Source: Candidatus Flemingiibacterium sp.
GTDB lineage: Bacteria; Bacillota; Clostridia; Oscillospirales; CAG-272
Direction: 5' to 3'
Length of the DNA: 64,000 nucleotides
Assembly: GCA_045636145.1 (NCBI GenBank)
Contig: JAZTWV010000015.1
Coordinates: 1,586-65,585, forward strand
In this document: in pieces, positions 9,300 through 18,630 of the stretch
Position numbering within the stretch: the stretch's first letter is position 1
Layout of the letters: the number at the start of each line of letters is the position of its first letter
The notes under the pieces: generated by a model
Databases searched by the model: none
What the model was told of the DNA's origin: nothing
Seen by the model: the letters and a program-made list of their open reading frames with translations, nothing else
Position numbers and translations under genes: made by a program

Positions 9300-9926
9300 T
9301 CACCGAATGAAATTCGTCCTCACCTTCGGCTCTCGCTCCGGCACGGCAACGCCGCACTGCTTACCTGCCGCTATAGATTTCATGAGCCATGCCATATTGT
9401 CAGCAAGAGTGCGCATTGTCTGAAGACCCTCAAGGTCCCTCTTTACCTCATCTGCCGTATTTCCGTGCACCTGATTCCAATACTGAGACGTAACAACGGG
9501 CATATTGCTCATCTGGAAAAATTTATTAAGAGACTCGTAAGCCGCAGATGCCCCACCCCGTCTGCATGAAACCACCGCCGCCGCAGGCTTGCCCTGAAGA
9601 AGCGCCGAGCTGCTGTAGAAAAGCCTTCCGAGAAAGCTTGTGATCTGTCCGGACGGTCCTGCGTAATGTACAGGCGAACCTACCACAATGCCGTCGCACT
9701 CCTTCATTTTCTCCTGTGCCGTTTGCAGGACATCTCCGGCGAATACACAGCGATTTTCAAGATTTGAACAGCCGCGGCATCCGGTACAGCTTTTCATCGG
9801 CTCTGTTCCAAGCCAGAGGATTTCCGTATTGATTCCATTTTTGTTAAGCTGCGCTTCAACCTCATGAAGTGCCGTGTAAGTGCATCCGAATTCATGAGGA
9901 CTTCCGTTAATGAGCAGTACTTTCAT
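9300..9926 (-). CDS. Flavodoxin-fold NAD(P)H-dependent FMN reductase / iron-sulfur flavoprotein-like protein
   Basis: The N-terminus is MKVLLINGSP. A compact Cys motif CTGCRGCSNLENRC (CX2CX2CX6C) is present. Confidence 0.7.
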   Translation of the reverse strand: MKVLLINGSPHEFGCTYTALHEVEAQLNKNGINTEILWLGTEPMKSCTGCRGCSNLENRCVFAGDVLQTAQEKMKECDGIVVGSPVHYAGPSGQITSFLGRLFYSSSALLQGKPAAAVVSCRRGGASAAYESLNKFFQMSNMPVVTSQYWNQVHGNTADEVKRDLEGLQTMRTLADNMAWLMKSIAAGKQCGVAVPEREPKVRTNFIR

Positions 9927-10109
9927 AATTCGTTTGATCCTTTCAAAATCAGTGTAAATTTTTGTTTACCTCAAGCAAAATTTGCAATAGGCGAATTAAC
10001 AATGTTATCGTACATATATATTTTACTAAGTCGGCTTCAATTTGTCAATCATCATTCGTTGCGAAAGCAGAAATTTTGTGAAAAATTTACCGCAAGCACA
10101 TAAAAATAC

Positions 10110-10138
10110 TTGACATCGCGAGTAAAATACATTATAAT
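10110..10138 (+). promoter_or_regulatory. Sigma-A type promoter of the glucokinase gene
   Basis: TTGACA, 17 nt, TATAAT (perfect consensus hexamers). Confidence 0.6.
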
Positions 10139-10218
10139 AATAACTGTAAATTATATTACATTTGCTTTGTAATAATGCAAAGAAAACGAAAGGAACGCTT
10201 CTTAGCAAGGTTTTACTT

Positions 10219-11181
10219 ATGAATTACATCGGAATTGACCTTGGCGGAACAAATATCGCCGTAGGTGTCATTAACGAAAAATATGAAATGCTGGCAAAGG
10301 GCAGTGTCCCCACAGGTGCAGACCGCGACGGAAAAGAGATCATCAAGGACATGGCTGATCTCTGCGCAAAGCTGGTTTCTGAAGCCGGACTTACTTTTGA
10401 CGATATCGAATATGCAGGTATTGCCGCTCCCGGTTCCGTTGATCCGGCAAACGGTGTTGTAGTTTATGCAAACAACCTTCATTTTTATAACTTTGCTATC
10501 GCAGATGTCTTGAAGAGCTATATCCCGGTAAAAAAGGTATATCTCGAAAACGATGCAAATGCTGCAGCACTTGGCGAGGCTGTTGCAGGTGCCGCACGCG
10601 GCGTTAAAGACGCAGTAATGATCACTCTCGGAACGGGAGTTGGCGGCGGAATTATAATAGATGGCAAAATCTATTCCGGCTTTAATTACAAAGGTGCCGA
10701 GCTTGGTCATATCGTTGTTCAGCACGGCGGCAGACCCTGCTCCTGCGGAAGACTTGGCTGCTGGGAAGCATACAGCTCCGCTACAGGTCTTATCAAAATG
10801 ACAAAGGAAAAGATCGACGAATGCAACAAGGCAGGCATCCCCACCATCATGGCAGGTCAGGCAGCCGCTGACGGCAAGGTAAGCGGCAAGACCGCATTTG
10901 CCGCAATGAAGCTCGGCGACATTCATGCTAAGGCCGTAGTTGATGAATACATTTCTTATCTCGGATGCGGTCTTACAAATATCATAAACGTATTCCGCCC
11001 TGAGATTCTTGTTATCGGCGGCGGCATATGCAACGAGAAAGAATATCTCACCGATCCGCTCAACGAAATCATCGCTAAAACGTCATACGGCGGCAATACA
11101 GGTGTAAATGACACCGTACTGAAGATAGCGGAGCTTGGAAACGATGCCGGCATCATCGGTGCAGCCGTTCTCGGTCTTTAA
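10219..11181 (+). CDS. glcK: ROK family glucokinase
   Basis: The N-terminus is MNYIGIDLGGTNI. The ROK signature and Zn motif are CSCGRLGCWE. The ATG at 10219 gives the canonical N-terminus. Confidence 0.85.
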   Translation: MNYIGIDLGGTNIAVGVINEKYEMLAKGSVPTGADRDGKEIIKDMADLCAKLVSEAGLTFDDIEYAGIAAPGSVDPANGVVVYANNLHFYNFAIADVLKSYIPVKKVYLENDANAAALGEAVAGAARGVKDAVMITLGTGVGGGIIIDGKIYSGFNYKGAELGHIVVQHGGRPCSCGRLGCWEAYSSATGLIKMTKEKIDECNKAGIPTIMAGQAAADGKVSGKTAFAAMKLGDIHAKAVVDEYISYLGCGLTNIINVFRPEILVIGGGICNEKEYLTDPLNEIIAKTSYGGNTGVNDTVLKIAELGNDAGIIGAAVLGL

Positions 11182-11254
11182 TTAAACAGAATCCGAACCG
11201 TCGGACGGGAGGGGACTGTCATAGGGCGGTCTCCCCTCGTCCTTACTGCTTTTT

Positions 11255-12094
11255 ATGAAAACAAAAAAACTTTCTCCACTAACGTTAATCCTCGCTCTTA
11301 CGTGGATTTTGGTGCTTGTCGTCGCCACTGTATACGATCTTGACATTTCTCTCGCAATTGCAGACGAAAATTCTATATACGGGCGCATATTTGAAGTAGC
11401 CGGAGAACCTCCGGCAATACTCTTTACCTCTTTCAATCTTGCGCTGATGACAGCATATTTTCTAAAGAAACCGTCATGCACAAAAAAAGATTATATACTT
11501 GCCGCTCTTTGTCTTATCGGAACCGTGGGCACAGCTGTGTTCACAGTGAACAAAACTGCGGATTATCTTACAGACTATGGCATTATCTCCGATAGCATCA
11601 CGGTGACGGTATGTGCGCTATTAGCATCTGCCGCAGTAACAGCTTTATTTTTTATACTCACAATGCGCATGGACTATCGCACCACTAAGCGATATTTTAA
11701 CACAGCACTTCATTGTGTTATTGCCGCTGTACTGACATTTGTAATCATATGGGGACTAAAGCTTGTGTGGGGACGTGTCAGGTTCAGACAGCTTGGTAAT
11801 AACCTTTCCCTTTTCACACCGTGGTATCTGCCGCAGGGATTTACAGGATTCTTCTCATTTCCGTCGGGTCACACCGCCAATGCAACGGTTATAATTTCAT
11901 CACTTTACTATTTTCACGATCTTCATGGCAAGCACAAAAAGTATGAAATACCGCTCAAGGTACTTCTCGCAATATGGATCGCTCTTGTGGCGTTCTCACG
12001 CGTGAGAATCGGTGCGCATTATCTTTCCGATGTTCTCTTTGGGCTTGCTGTCACTGTTTTTATTGTGTATTTTTCAAAACCGAGGAAAAAATAA
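11255..12094 (+). CDS. PAP2 superfamily membrane phosphatase
   Basis: PAP2 motifs PSGHT and SRVRIGAHYLSD are present, with multiple TM helices. Confidence 0.8.
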   Translation: MKTKKLSPLTLILALTWILVLVVATVYDLDISLAIADENSIYGRIFEVAGEPPAILFTSFNLALMTAYFLKKPSCTKKDYILAALCLIGTVGTAVFTVNKTADYLTDYGIISDSITVTVCALLASAAVTALFFILTMRMDYRTTKRYFNTALHCVIAAVLTFVIIWGLKLVWGRVRFRQLGNNLSLFTPWYLPQGFTGFFSFPSGHTANATVIISSLYYFHDLHGKHKKYEIPLKVLLAIWIALVAFSRVRIGAHYLSDVLFGLAVTVFIVYFSKPRKK

Positions 12095-12637
12095 ATGTAT
12101 ATTGATAAAACGCTTTATACCTCCCGTCCCAAAAATGAGCGGCTTCCAAAGGAAATGCGTTCCTACGACTTTCTGGAATCCATCGGCGTGCCATATGTAC
12201 GCATAGACCACGATGCCGCCAATACCATGGAAGAATGCGCCGAAGCCAAATCTATTCTGGGTGTCAAAATATGCAAGAATCTCCTGCTTTGCAATTCGCA
12301 GAAAACAAAATTTTATATGCTGCTCATGTCAGGTGATAAGCAGTTTGTAACAAAGGATTTTTCAAAAAAGATCGGCTCCTCAAGGCTTTCTTTCGCTCCA
12401 CCGGAATTTATGGAAAAATTTCTTGATATAACACCGGGTTCACTCTCGGTGCTTGGACTCATAAACGACACCGAAAACAACGTTACACTGTATATCGACC
12501 TCGACGTTGTAAATGACGAATATTTCGGATGCCATCCATGCATAAACACCTCCAGCATCCGCATAAGTACCGATGACCTTTTAAACAAAGTCATCCCTGC
12601 AACAAACCACGAAGTAAATTTCGTTGTGCTTGATTAA
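12095..12637 (+). CDS. YbaK / prolyl-tRNA synthetase-associated (aminoacyl-tRNA editing) domain protein
   Basis: Motifs KNLLL, DLDV and GCHPC..TSS match the YbaK/ProX-like pattern. The start abuts the upstream stop. Confidence 0.7.
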   Translation: MYIDKTLYTSRPKNERLPKEMRSYDFLESIGVPYVRIDHDAANTMEECAEAKSILGVKICKNLLLCNSQKTKFYMLLMSGDKQFVTKDFSKKIGSSRLSFAPPEFMEKFLDITPGSLSVLGLINDTENNVTLYIDLDVVNDEYFGCHPCINTSSIRISTDDLLNKVIPATNHEVNFVVLD

Positions 12638-12651
12638 ATTCGGAGATTAAA

Positions 12652-13953
12652 ATGGTTACAATTACAGACGTTGAATACGCCTCGCCGGCAGAAAAGCACG
12701 GTATTGCGCCGGGAGATATACTGATTTCCATAAACGGTCACGAGATACGTGATGTTCTTGATTATCAGTTTCGCCTGTGCGAAAAAAAGGTTACGCTTAA
12801 GCTCCACCGCGGGCCGGAGCTTTTTGATGTGACTATAAAAAAAGACGAATACGGCGACATCGGACTGCGCTTTGAAACCTATCTCATGGATAAAAAGAGG
12901 TCCTGCAAAAACAAGTGCGTATTTTGCTTTATAGATCAGCTTCCCTGCGGTATGCGCGATTCCCTCTACTTCAAGGATGACGACTCACGCCTATCTTTTC
13001 TTATGGGAAACTACATCACTCTTACAAATCTCACAGACGAGGATGTAGAACGAATAATCGAGATGAAAACCTCGCCTATTAACATTTCTGTTCACACCAC
13101 AAATCCCGAGCTTCGGGTTAAAATGATGAAAAACAAGCGTGCAGGTGAGGTGCTTGACTATATGCGCCGCTTTGCCGAGGCAGGAATATCCCTTAACTGC
13201 CAAATCGTTCTCTGCAAGGGACTTAACGACGGCGAGGAGCTTATTGGCTCCATGAGAGACCTTACAAAGCTTACACCGAATCTTGTGGGTGTATCCATTG
13301 TCCCTGCCGGCATAACCGACCACCGTGACGGGCTTTATCCTCTTGAGCCGTTCACGGCAGGGGAACTAAACGGGGTAATTGATACAGTTGACGCATTCGC
13401 GGCAGAGTGTATGGAAAAATACGGCTCAAGACTGTTTTTCTGCTCGGATGAAATGTATCTTCAGGCAGGACGGCCGCTTCCCGATGAAGAATACTACGAG
13501 GGATATCCGCAGATTGAAAACGGCGTTGGAATGATCCGCTCTATGCAGTGCGAGTTTGAGGACGAGCTTGAATATTTGTCGGAATATGACTTGGAAAAGC
13601 CTCGCACGCTGTCAATAGCAACCGGCGAGGCGGCATACGACTTTATTCTCTCTCTTGCAAATGAGCTTACACGCCGTGTGGAATCACTGAATATTACCGT
13701 ATACAAAATAAAAAACAACTTTTTCGGAAAAAATATTACCGTTGCTGGTCTTATTACCGGAAAAGATCTTTTGGAACAGCTAAAAGACAAGCCACTCGGC
13801 GAGAGGCTTATTATCCCCTCTGTAATGCTTCGTGCAGAGCGTGATATGTTTCTTGATTCAATGACTACCACTGAGCTTTCCGAGAAGCTTTCAGTAGATA
13901 TAGTCACCGCCAATTCAACAGGTGCGGATTTTATTTCATCAATCCTGTACTGA
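12652..13953 (+). CDS. PDZ plus radical-SAM-like DUF512 protein
   Basis: An N-terminal PDZ segment (GIAPGDILISING) is followed by the CKNKCVFCF cluster. A DUF512 gene sits upstream of der in Clostridia. Confidence 0.7.
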   Translation: MVTITDVEYASPAEKHGIAPGDILISINGHEIRDVLDYQFRLCEKKVTLKLHRGPELFDVTIKKDEYGDIGLRFETYLMDKKRSCKNKCVFCFIDQLPCGMRDSLYFKDDDSRLSFLMGNYITLTNLTDEDVERIIEMKTSPINISVHTTNPELRVKMMKNKRAGEVLDYMRRFAEAGISLNCQIVLCKGLNDGEELIGSMRDLTKLTPNLVGVSIVPAGITDHRDGLYPLEPFTAGELNGVIDTVDAFAAECMEKYGSRLFFCSDEMYLQAGRPLPDEEYYEGYPQIENGVGMIRSMQCEFEDELEYLSEYDLEKPRTLSIATGEAAYDFILSLANELTRRVESLNITVYKIKNNFFGKNITVAGLITGKDLLEQLKDKPLGERLIIPSVMLRAERDMFLDSMTTTELSEKLSVDIVTANSTGADFISSILY

Positions 13954-13994
13954 CCCTATCACCGAAAATACTCTTTTTGAAAGGAATTTTATAG

Positions 13995-15326
13995 ATGTCA
14001 AAACCTGTTATAGCCATTGTCGGACGTCCGAATGTTGGCAAGAGCACACTTTTTAATAAGCTTGCCGGCGAGCGTATATCCATCGTTGAGGACACCCCCG
14101 GCGTTACACGCGACCGCATATACTATGAGATCGAATGGAACGGACGTGCCATGATACTCGTTGACACAGGCGGTATAGAGCCGAAATCTGACGATATCAT
14201 ATTAAAGCAGATGAAAAATCAGGCGGAAGTGGCTGTGTCAACAGCCGATGTAATCGTGTTCATGGTAGACGTGACCACGGGACTTACAGCCGCAGACCGC
14301 GACATCGCCACCATGCTTATAAAGAGCCAGAAGCCGCTGATACTCGCTGTTAACAAGTGCGATTCGATTGGTGCTCCTCCCATGGAGTTTTACGAATTCT
14401 ACGAGCTTGGTATCGACGGCGAGCCGATACAGCTCTCCTCTGTTCACGGCACAGGCTCCGGCGACCTTCTTGACCGCGTACTTGAGCTTTGCCCTGCGGA
14501 CGAAGAAAAAGAGGACGATTCTGACCTCATCAAGGTTGCCGTTATAGGTAAGCCTAATGCCGGAAAAAGCTCTATTATCAACAAAATCCTCGGTGAGGAC
14601 CGTCTTATCGTTTCCGATATTCCCGGAACTACCAGAGATGCGGTCGATACAAGAGTCGAGAACGAATTCGGAAAATACACCTTTATTGACACTGCCGGAA
14701 TACGCCGTCAGTCACGAGTTGAGGACAGAATTGAAAAATTCAGCGTCCTGCGCTCCAAAATGGCGGTAGAGCGCGCAGATGTTTGCGTTATAATGGTAGA
14801 TGCAAACGAGGGTGTTACCGAGCAGGACGAAAAGATAGCCGGAATCGCTCACGAATCGGGCAAAGCCTGCATTATAGTCATCAACAAATGGGATACCCTT
14901 GAAACCGAGGACAAAAACACGGTTGAATACGACAAAAAGGTGTACAATTCCCTGTCTTATATGACCTATGCCCCCACCCTTTATGTGTCGGCAAAAACAG
15001 GTCAGCGTATTACAAAGCTTTTCGAGCTTATTAACTATGTATACAACCAGAACTGCACCAGAATATCCACCGGTATGCTCAACGATGTTCTCAACGACGC
15101 TACCGCCCGTGTTCAGCCCCCGTCAGATAAAGGACGTCATCTTAAAGTATACTACATGACCCAGACAGGCACCTGTCCTCCCACCTTTGTTATATTCTGC
15201 AACAATGCGGAACTTTTCCATTTCTCCTATCAGCGATATATCGAAAACCAGCTTCGCGAGGTCTTCGGATTCCGCGGAACGCCTATAAAAATAATTATAC
15301 GTCAGAAAGGGGATAAAGAAGAATGA
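13995..15326 (+). CDS. der: Ribosome biogenesis GTPase Der (EngA)
   Basis: Two GTPase domains carry GRPNVGKST and GKPNAGKSS P-loops, followed by a KH-like C-terminus. Confidence 0.95.
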   Translation: MSKPVIAIVGRPNVGKSTLFNKLAGERISIVEDTPGVTRDRIYYEIEWNGRAMILVDTGGIEPKSDDIILKQMKNQAEVAVSTADVIVFMVDVTTGLTAADRDIATMLIKSQKPLILAVNKCDSIGAPPMEFYEFYELGIDGEPIQLSSVHGTGSGDLLDRVLELCPADEEKEDDSDLIKVAVIGKPNAGKSSIINKILGEDRLIVSDIPGTTRDAVDTRVENEFGKYTFIDTAGIRRQSRVEDRIEKFSVLRSKMAVERADVCVIMVDANEGVTEQDEKIAGIAHESGKACIIVINKWDTLETEDKNTVEYDKKVYNSLSYMTYAPTLYVSAKTGQRITKLFELINYVYNQNCTRISTGMLNDVLNDATARVQPPSDKGRHLKVYYMTQTGTCPPTFVIFCNNAELFHFSYQRYIENQLREVFGFRGTPIKIIIRQKGDKEE

Positions 15327-16075
15327 CACTCCATGAAATGCTCCGTGACGGACTTATTGCAAGACTTATTGCAGGAGATGCGGGCGGAATATCACCGTTT
15401 ATGTTTATTCTGCTTTGTGCCGTCGGTGCTGTTATTGCCTATTTCCTCGGCGGTCTCAATTTCGCCATTATCATATCTAAATACAAGTTCAAGGACGACA
15501 TACGCCGCTACGGAAGCGGCAATGCCGGTATGACCAATATGCTTCGCACATACGGAAAAGCCGCCGCCGCATTTACTCTTGTCGGCGACATGGCAAAGGC
15601 TATTGTTTCTGTGCTTATCGGCACTCTGCTTGCAGGCGAGGGCGGTGCGTACATTGCAGCACTCTCCTGTGTCATAGGGCATTCCTTCCCTATCATGTAC
15701 GGTTTTAAAGGCGGCAAAGGAATAGTTGTTACCGCTTCGGCACTTTTAGTGCTTGAGCCGATTGTATTTCTTATTCTGTTTCTCATTTTCGTGCTGCTTG
15801 TGGCATCCACAAAATTTCTTTCCCTTGGCTCAATCGTGGGAATGCTTCTCTATCCGCTTCTTCTCAACCGTATGTACCCTATCCTAAACGGCGGCATATC
15901 GGAAGGCGCGATTGTAGCTATTGTATCAATACTTAACGCAATTCTCGTTGTGTGGCTTCACAGAGAAAATATAGGACGCCTCATGAGCGGCACTGAAAAC
16001 AAGTTCAGCTTAAAGAAAAAGGATAAGTTCATAAAGGACGAGAAAAAAGACACCGACGACGAAAATAAACAGTAA
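15323..16075 (+). CDS. plsY: Glycerol-3-phosphate acyltransferase PlsY
   Basis: Motifs GSGNAGMTN and FKGGKG are present. Its start overlaps the der stop (ATGA). Confidence 0.9.
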   Translation: MTLHEMLRDGLIARLIAGDAGGISPFMFILLCAVGAVIAYFLGGLNFAIIISKYKFKDDIRRYGSGNAGMTNMLRTYGKAAAAFTLVGDMAKAIVSVLIGTLLAGEGGAYIAALSCVIGHSFPIMYGFKGGKGIVVTASALLVLEPIVFLILFLIFVLLVASTKFLSLGSIVGMLLYPLLLNRMYPILNGGISEGAIVAIVSILNAILVVWLHRENIGRLMSGTENKFSLKKKDKFIKDEKKDTDDENKQ

Positions 16076-16081
16076 TCATAC

Positions 16082-16112
16082 AAAAAGGACTGTGCACAGC
16101 ACAGTCCTTTTT
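16082..16112. terminator. Bidirectional terminator
   Basis: AAAAAGGACTGTG-CACAG-CACAGTCCTTTTT. Confidence 0.85.
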
Positions 16113-16125
16113 GATGTTTTATATA

Positions 16126-16545
16126 TTACTTAAGCTCAGCGGAAATCTTATCCATCCAAGCGGTAACAGCCGCTTTTTCTTCGTCCTTGACTCCTCCGAG
16201 GAAAGGCAGACCGCCCTTTATGTAAAGAACGTCCTCGATAGCATTTGTGCCGGCCTCCTTAGCCGCATCAACAAGCACCTTTGCGCCCTCCGCAGGGCCG
16301 TCAATAATGAAAGCAACGTTAGCCGCACGAGCCTTGGTAAGCTCCTTGCAGAAAAGAACAAGTGAGTTTGGAGCATCCTTGCCTACAGTTGCGAGAATAA
16401 CCACGAGACGCTCCTTGTCGCAGGAGTATGCCGGCGGTATCTTATCCATGCAGTTAACCTTTTCGGTAGCATAGTTTGCCGTAATCATATCAGCAATATT
16501 GATAAGCTTTTTCTTGCTTGTAGAATAAAGAACACGCATTTTCAT
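16126..16545 (-). CDS. Hypothetical protein with flavodoxin-like alpha/beta pattern
   Basis: 139 aa from the ATG at 16545, preceded by GGAGGA. No diagnostic motif was recognised. Confidence 0.55.
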   Translation of the reverse strand: MKMRVLYSTSKKKLINIADMITANYATEKVNCMDKIPPAYSCDKERLVVILATVGKDAPNSLVLFCKELTKARAANVAFIIDGPAEGAKVLVDAAKEAGTNAIEDVLYIKGGLPFLGGVKDEEKAAVTAWMDKISAELK

Positions 16546-16728
16546 AATAAATTCCTCCGATTTCTTCGGCAACAAAGTATATTTCCCGTTTTTGTTGCCG
16601 TGAAAACGGGCATTGGCAGTCGCCAACAATACTATTGTACCATAAAATCGCGCAAATTTGAAGTATATCGGGAGAAAATCATTATTTTCGTCCGGATAGA
16701 CAAATTTTGCTCATTTTTTTGTACACTA

Positions 16729-18630
16729 TTACAAAATAAAATATTCCGCAGTCTGACTCGCAAGAATTACACTGCGAGAAGCACTTCCCTTTCTTATAAG
16801 ACGTCGCGGCGCGCTTTCAAATTCGATTTCCCACGGATTTTCCGACATATTCACCGCCGCAAAAAGCCGTCTGCCCATATATTCACGGCAAAGCATAAAC
16901 TGCGCCGGATCTCCCGTATCAATAATTCTGAGATCTCCATTTGCAAACAGCGGCTCGGATTTTCTTATGCTTCCTATTTTCCTATAGAAAGATACAAGCT
17001 CACTGTCCTCCCGTCCCCATACATACGGCATACGGTTAAATGGATCACGTCCGCCCTCCATTCCTGCTTCGTCGCCATAGTATACGCACGGGATTCCGGG
17101 GAATGCGCAAAGCAGTGTCCAGGCAAGCTTCAGCCGCTTTTTTGCAATGCGTCGCTGTTTTGCATCAAGCCTGAATCCGGCAAGCTCACGGTTTGTCATT
17201 TCTTTTGTACCTGCACCTGCAAGCACTGTGAGTATACGCTCCGTATCGTGAGTACCGAGGAAATTCATAAGCGCATGGCTGACAGCCTCCGGGTAATGTG
17301 CCCACAGCTCTGCCGCTGTCTGCCTGAGCCTTGTTGAGTCGCTTCTGAGAATGAAATCTATCACCGCTTCCTTTAAGGGGTAGTTCATGACAGCATCAAG
17401 CTGTTTGCCTCTGAAATATCTGCGTCGCTTATCGTATGCTATTTTGTTTGATGCATCCTCCCATACCTCACCGAAAACGATGGATTCGGGATTTTCCTCT
17501 CTCGCCGCCGCTTTAAGCTCGTCGAGAAACACGTCCGACAGCTCATCTGCCACGTCAAGCCGCCATCCGTCAATGCCCAGACGGAGCCAATGACGTATAA
17601 CACCATTTTCACCGCAGATAAATTCACGGTATGACGGCTCGGTGCTTTTTACTGCAGGCAGTATTTTGATACTCCACCAGCAGTTGTATTCATCGGGATA
17701 CTTTTCAAAAGAATACCACTTGTAATATTCGGAATCCTCGGAGTTATATGCGCCAACGCTGTCATAGCGGTTAAACTTATTGAAATACTTGCTGTCAGCC
17801 CCCGTATGATTAAACACTCCGTCAAGTATAAGCCGCATTCCGCGAGCCTTGCACTCATGCGCAAGATGGTCAAAAGCCTCCTCGCCGCCAAACATAGAGT
17901 CAACCTTCATATAGTCGCCTGTATCGTATTTGTGGTTCGATGCGGCTTCGAATATGGGGCAAAGATAGAGTGTATCAACTCCGAGAGAGGCGATATAATC
18001 AAGCTTATCTGCAACACCCCACAGGTTTCCGCCAAAAAATTCGTTGTTGGCAAGCGCATCTCCTGGGGTCTCTGCAAACATAGGTATACCGTTCTCCCAA
18101 TCGCCGTTTCGTATCTTGCCTGCCGCGGGCGCGACAGGTCTGCCGCCGTCAAAAAAGCGGTCCACAAATATCTGATACATCATACCGCCGCGAAATTTTT
18201 CCGGAACACGGAGCGATGCATTGTATACCGTAAGCTGTTCAGAGGATACCGAAAAGCCGTCAGCGCTAAGAGCACCGCTGCGGTCTGCGTACACTTCGCC
18301 CAAGGGTGTTGACAGCACAAAAGTATAGTAGAACAGCCCTCCGTCATCCGAAAGACAGATTTCGGAAAGCTTCAGTGTAACGGCGTAAACATCGTGAGCC
18401 TCCGTAAACTCCAAAAGGTGTGCCGGAAGCATCTTCACCGACATATCATCGTCGCGGTAAAGCTTCAGAGAAACATTATCTGCACACAAAGCGCGCGGCA
18501 CTCTTACCCACAAGGTAAGAGTGTCGTCATCTGCAAATGCTGCCGAAAAGGAAACATCGCCGCGCTTTTCGGATGTTTTTTGGAAAACCACCCGAAGTGC
18601 CAAAATATCGTTAAAATTTAAAGCAAACAT
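16729..18630 (-). CDS. GH13 alpha-glucosidase / neopullulanase-type amylase
   Basis: GH13 regions DGVFNHTG, GWRLDVADE, FGEVWED and FLGTHD are present. The start overlaps the glgP stop (TAATG). Confidence 0.9.
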   Translation of the reverse strand: MFALNFNDILALRVVFQKTSEKRGDVSFSAAFADDDTLTLWVRVPRALCADNVSLKLYRDDDMSVKMLPAHLLEFTEAHDVYAVTLKLSEICLSDDGGLFYYTFVLSTPLGEVYADRSGALSADGFSVSSEQLTVYNASLRVPEKFRGGMMYQIFVDRFFDGGRPVAPAAGKIRNGDWENGIPMFAETPGDALANNEFFGGNLWGVADKLDYIASLGVDTLYLCPIFEAASNHKYDTGDYMKVDSMFGGEEAFDHLAHECKARGMRLILDGVFNHTGADSKYFNKFNRYDSVGAYNSEDSEYYKWYSFEKYPDEYNCWWSIKILPAVKSTEPSYREFICGENGVIRHWLRLGIDGWRLDVADELSDVFLDELKAAAREENPESIVFGEVWEDASNKIAYDKRRRYFRGKQLDAVMNYPLKEAVIDFILRSDSTRLRQTAAELWAHYPEAVSHALMNFLGTHDTERILTVLAGAGTKEMTNRELAGFRLDAKQRRIAKKRLKLAWTLLCAFPGIPCVYYGDEAGMEGGRDPFNRMPYVWGREDSELVSFYRKIGSIRKSEPLFANGDLRIIDTGDPAQFMLCREYMGRRLFAAVNMSENPWEIEFESAPRRLIRKGSASRSVILASQTAEYFIL

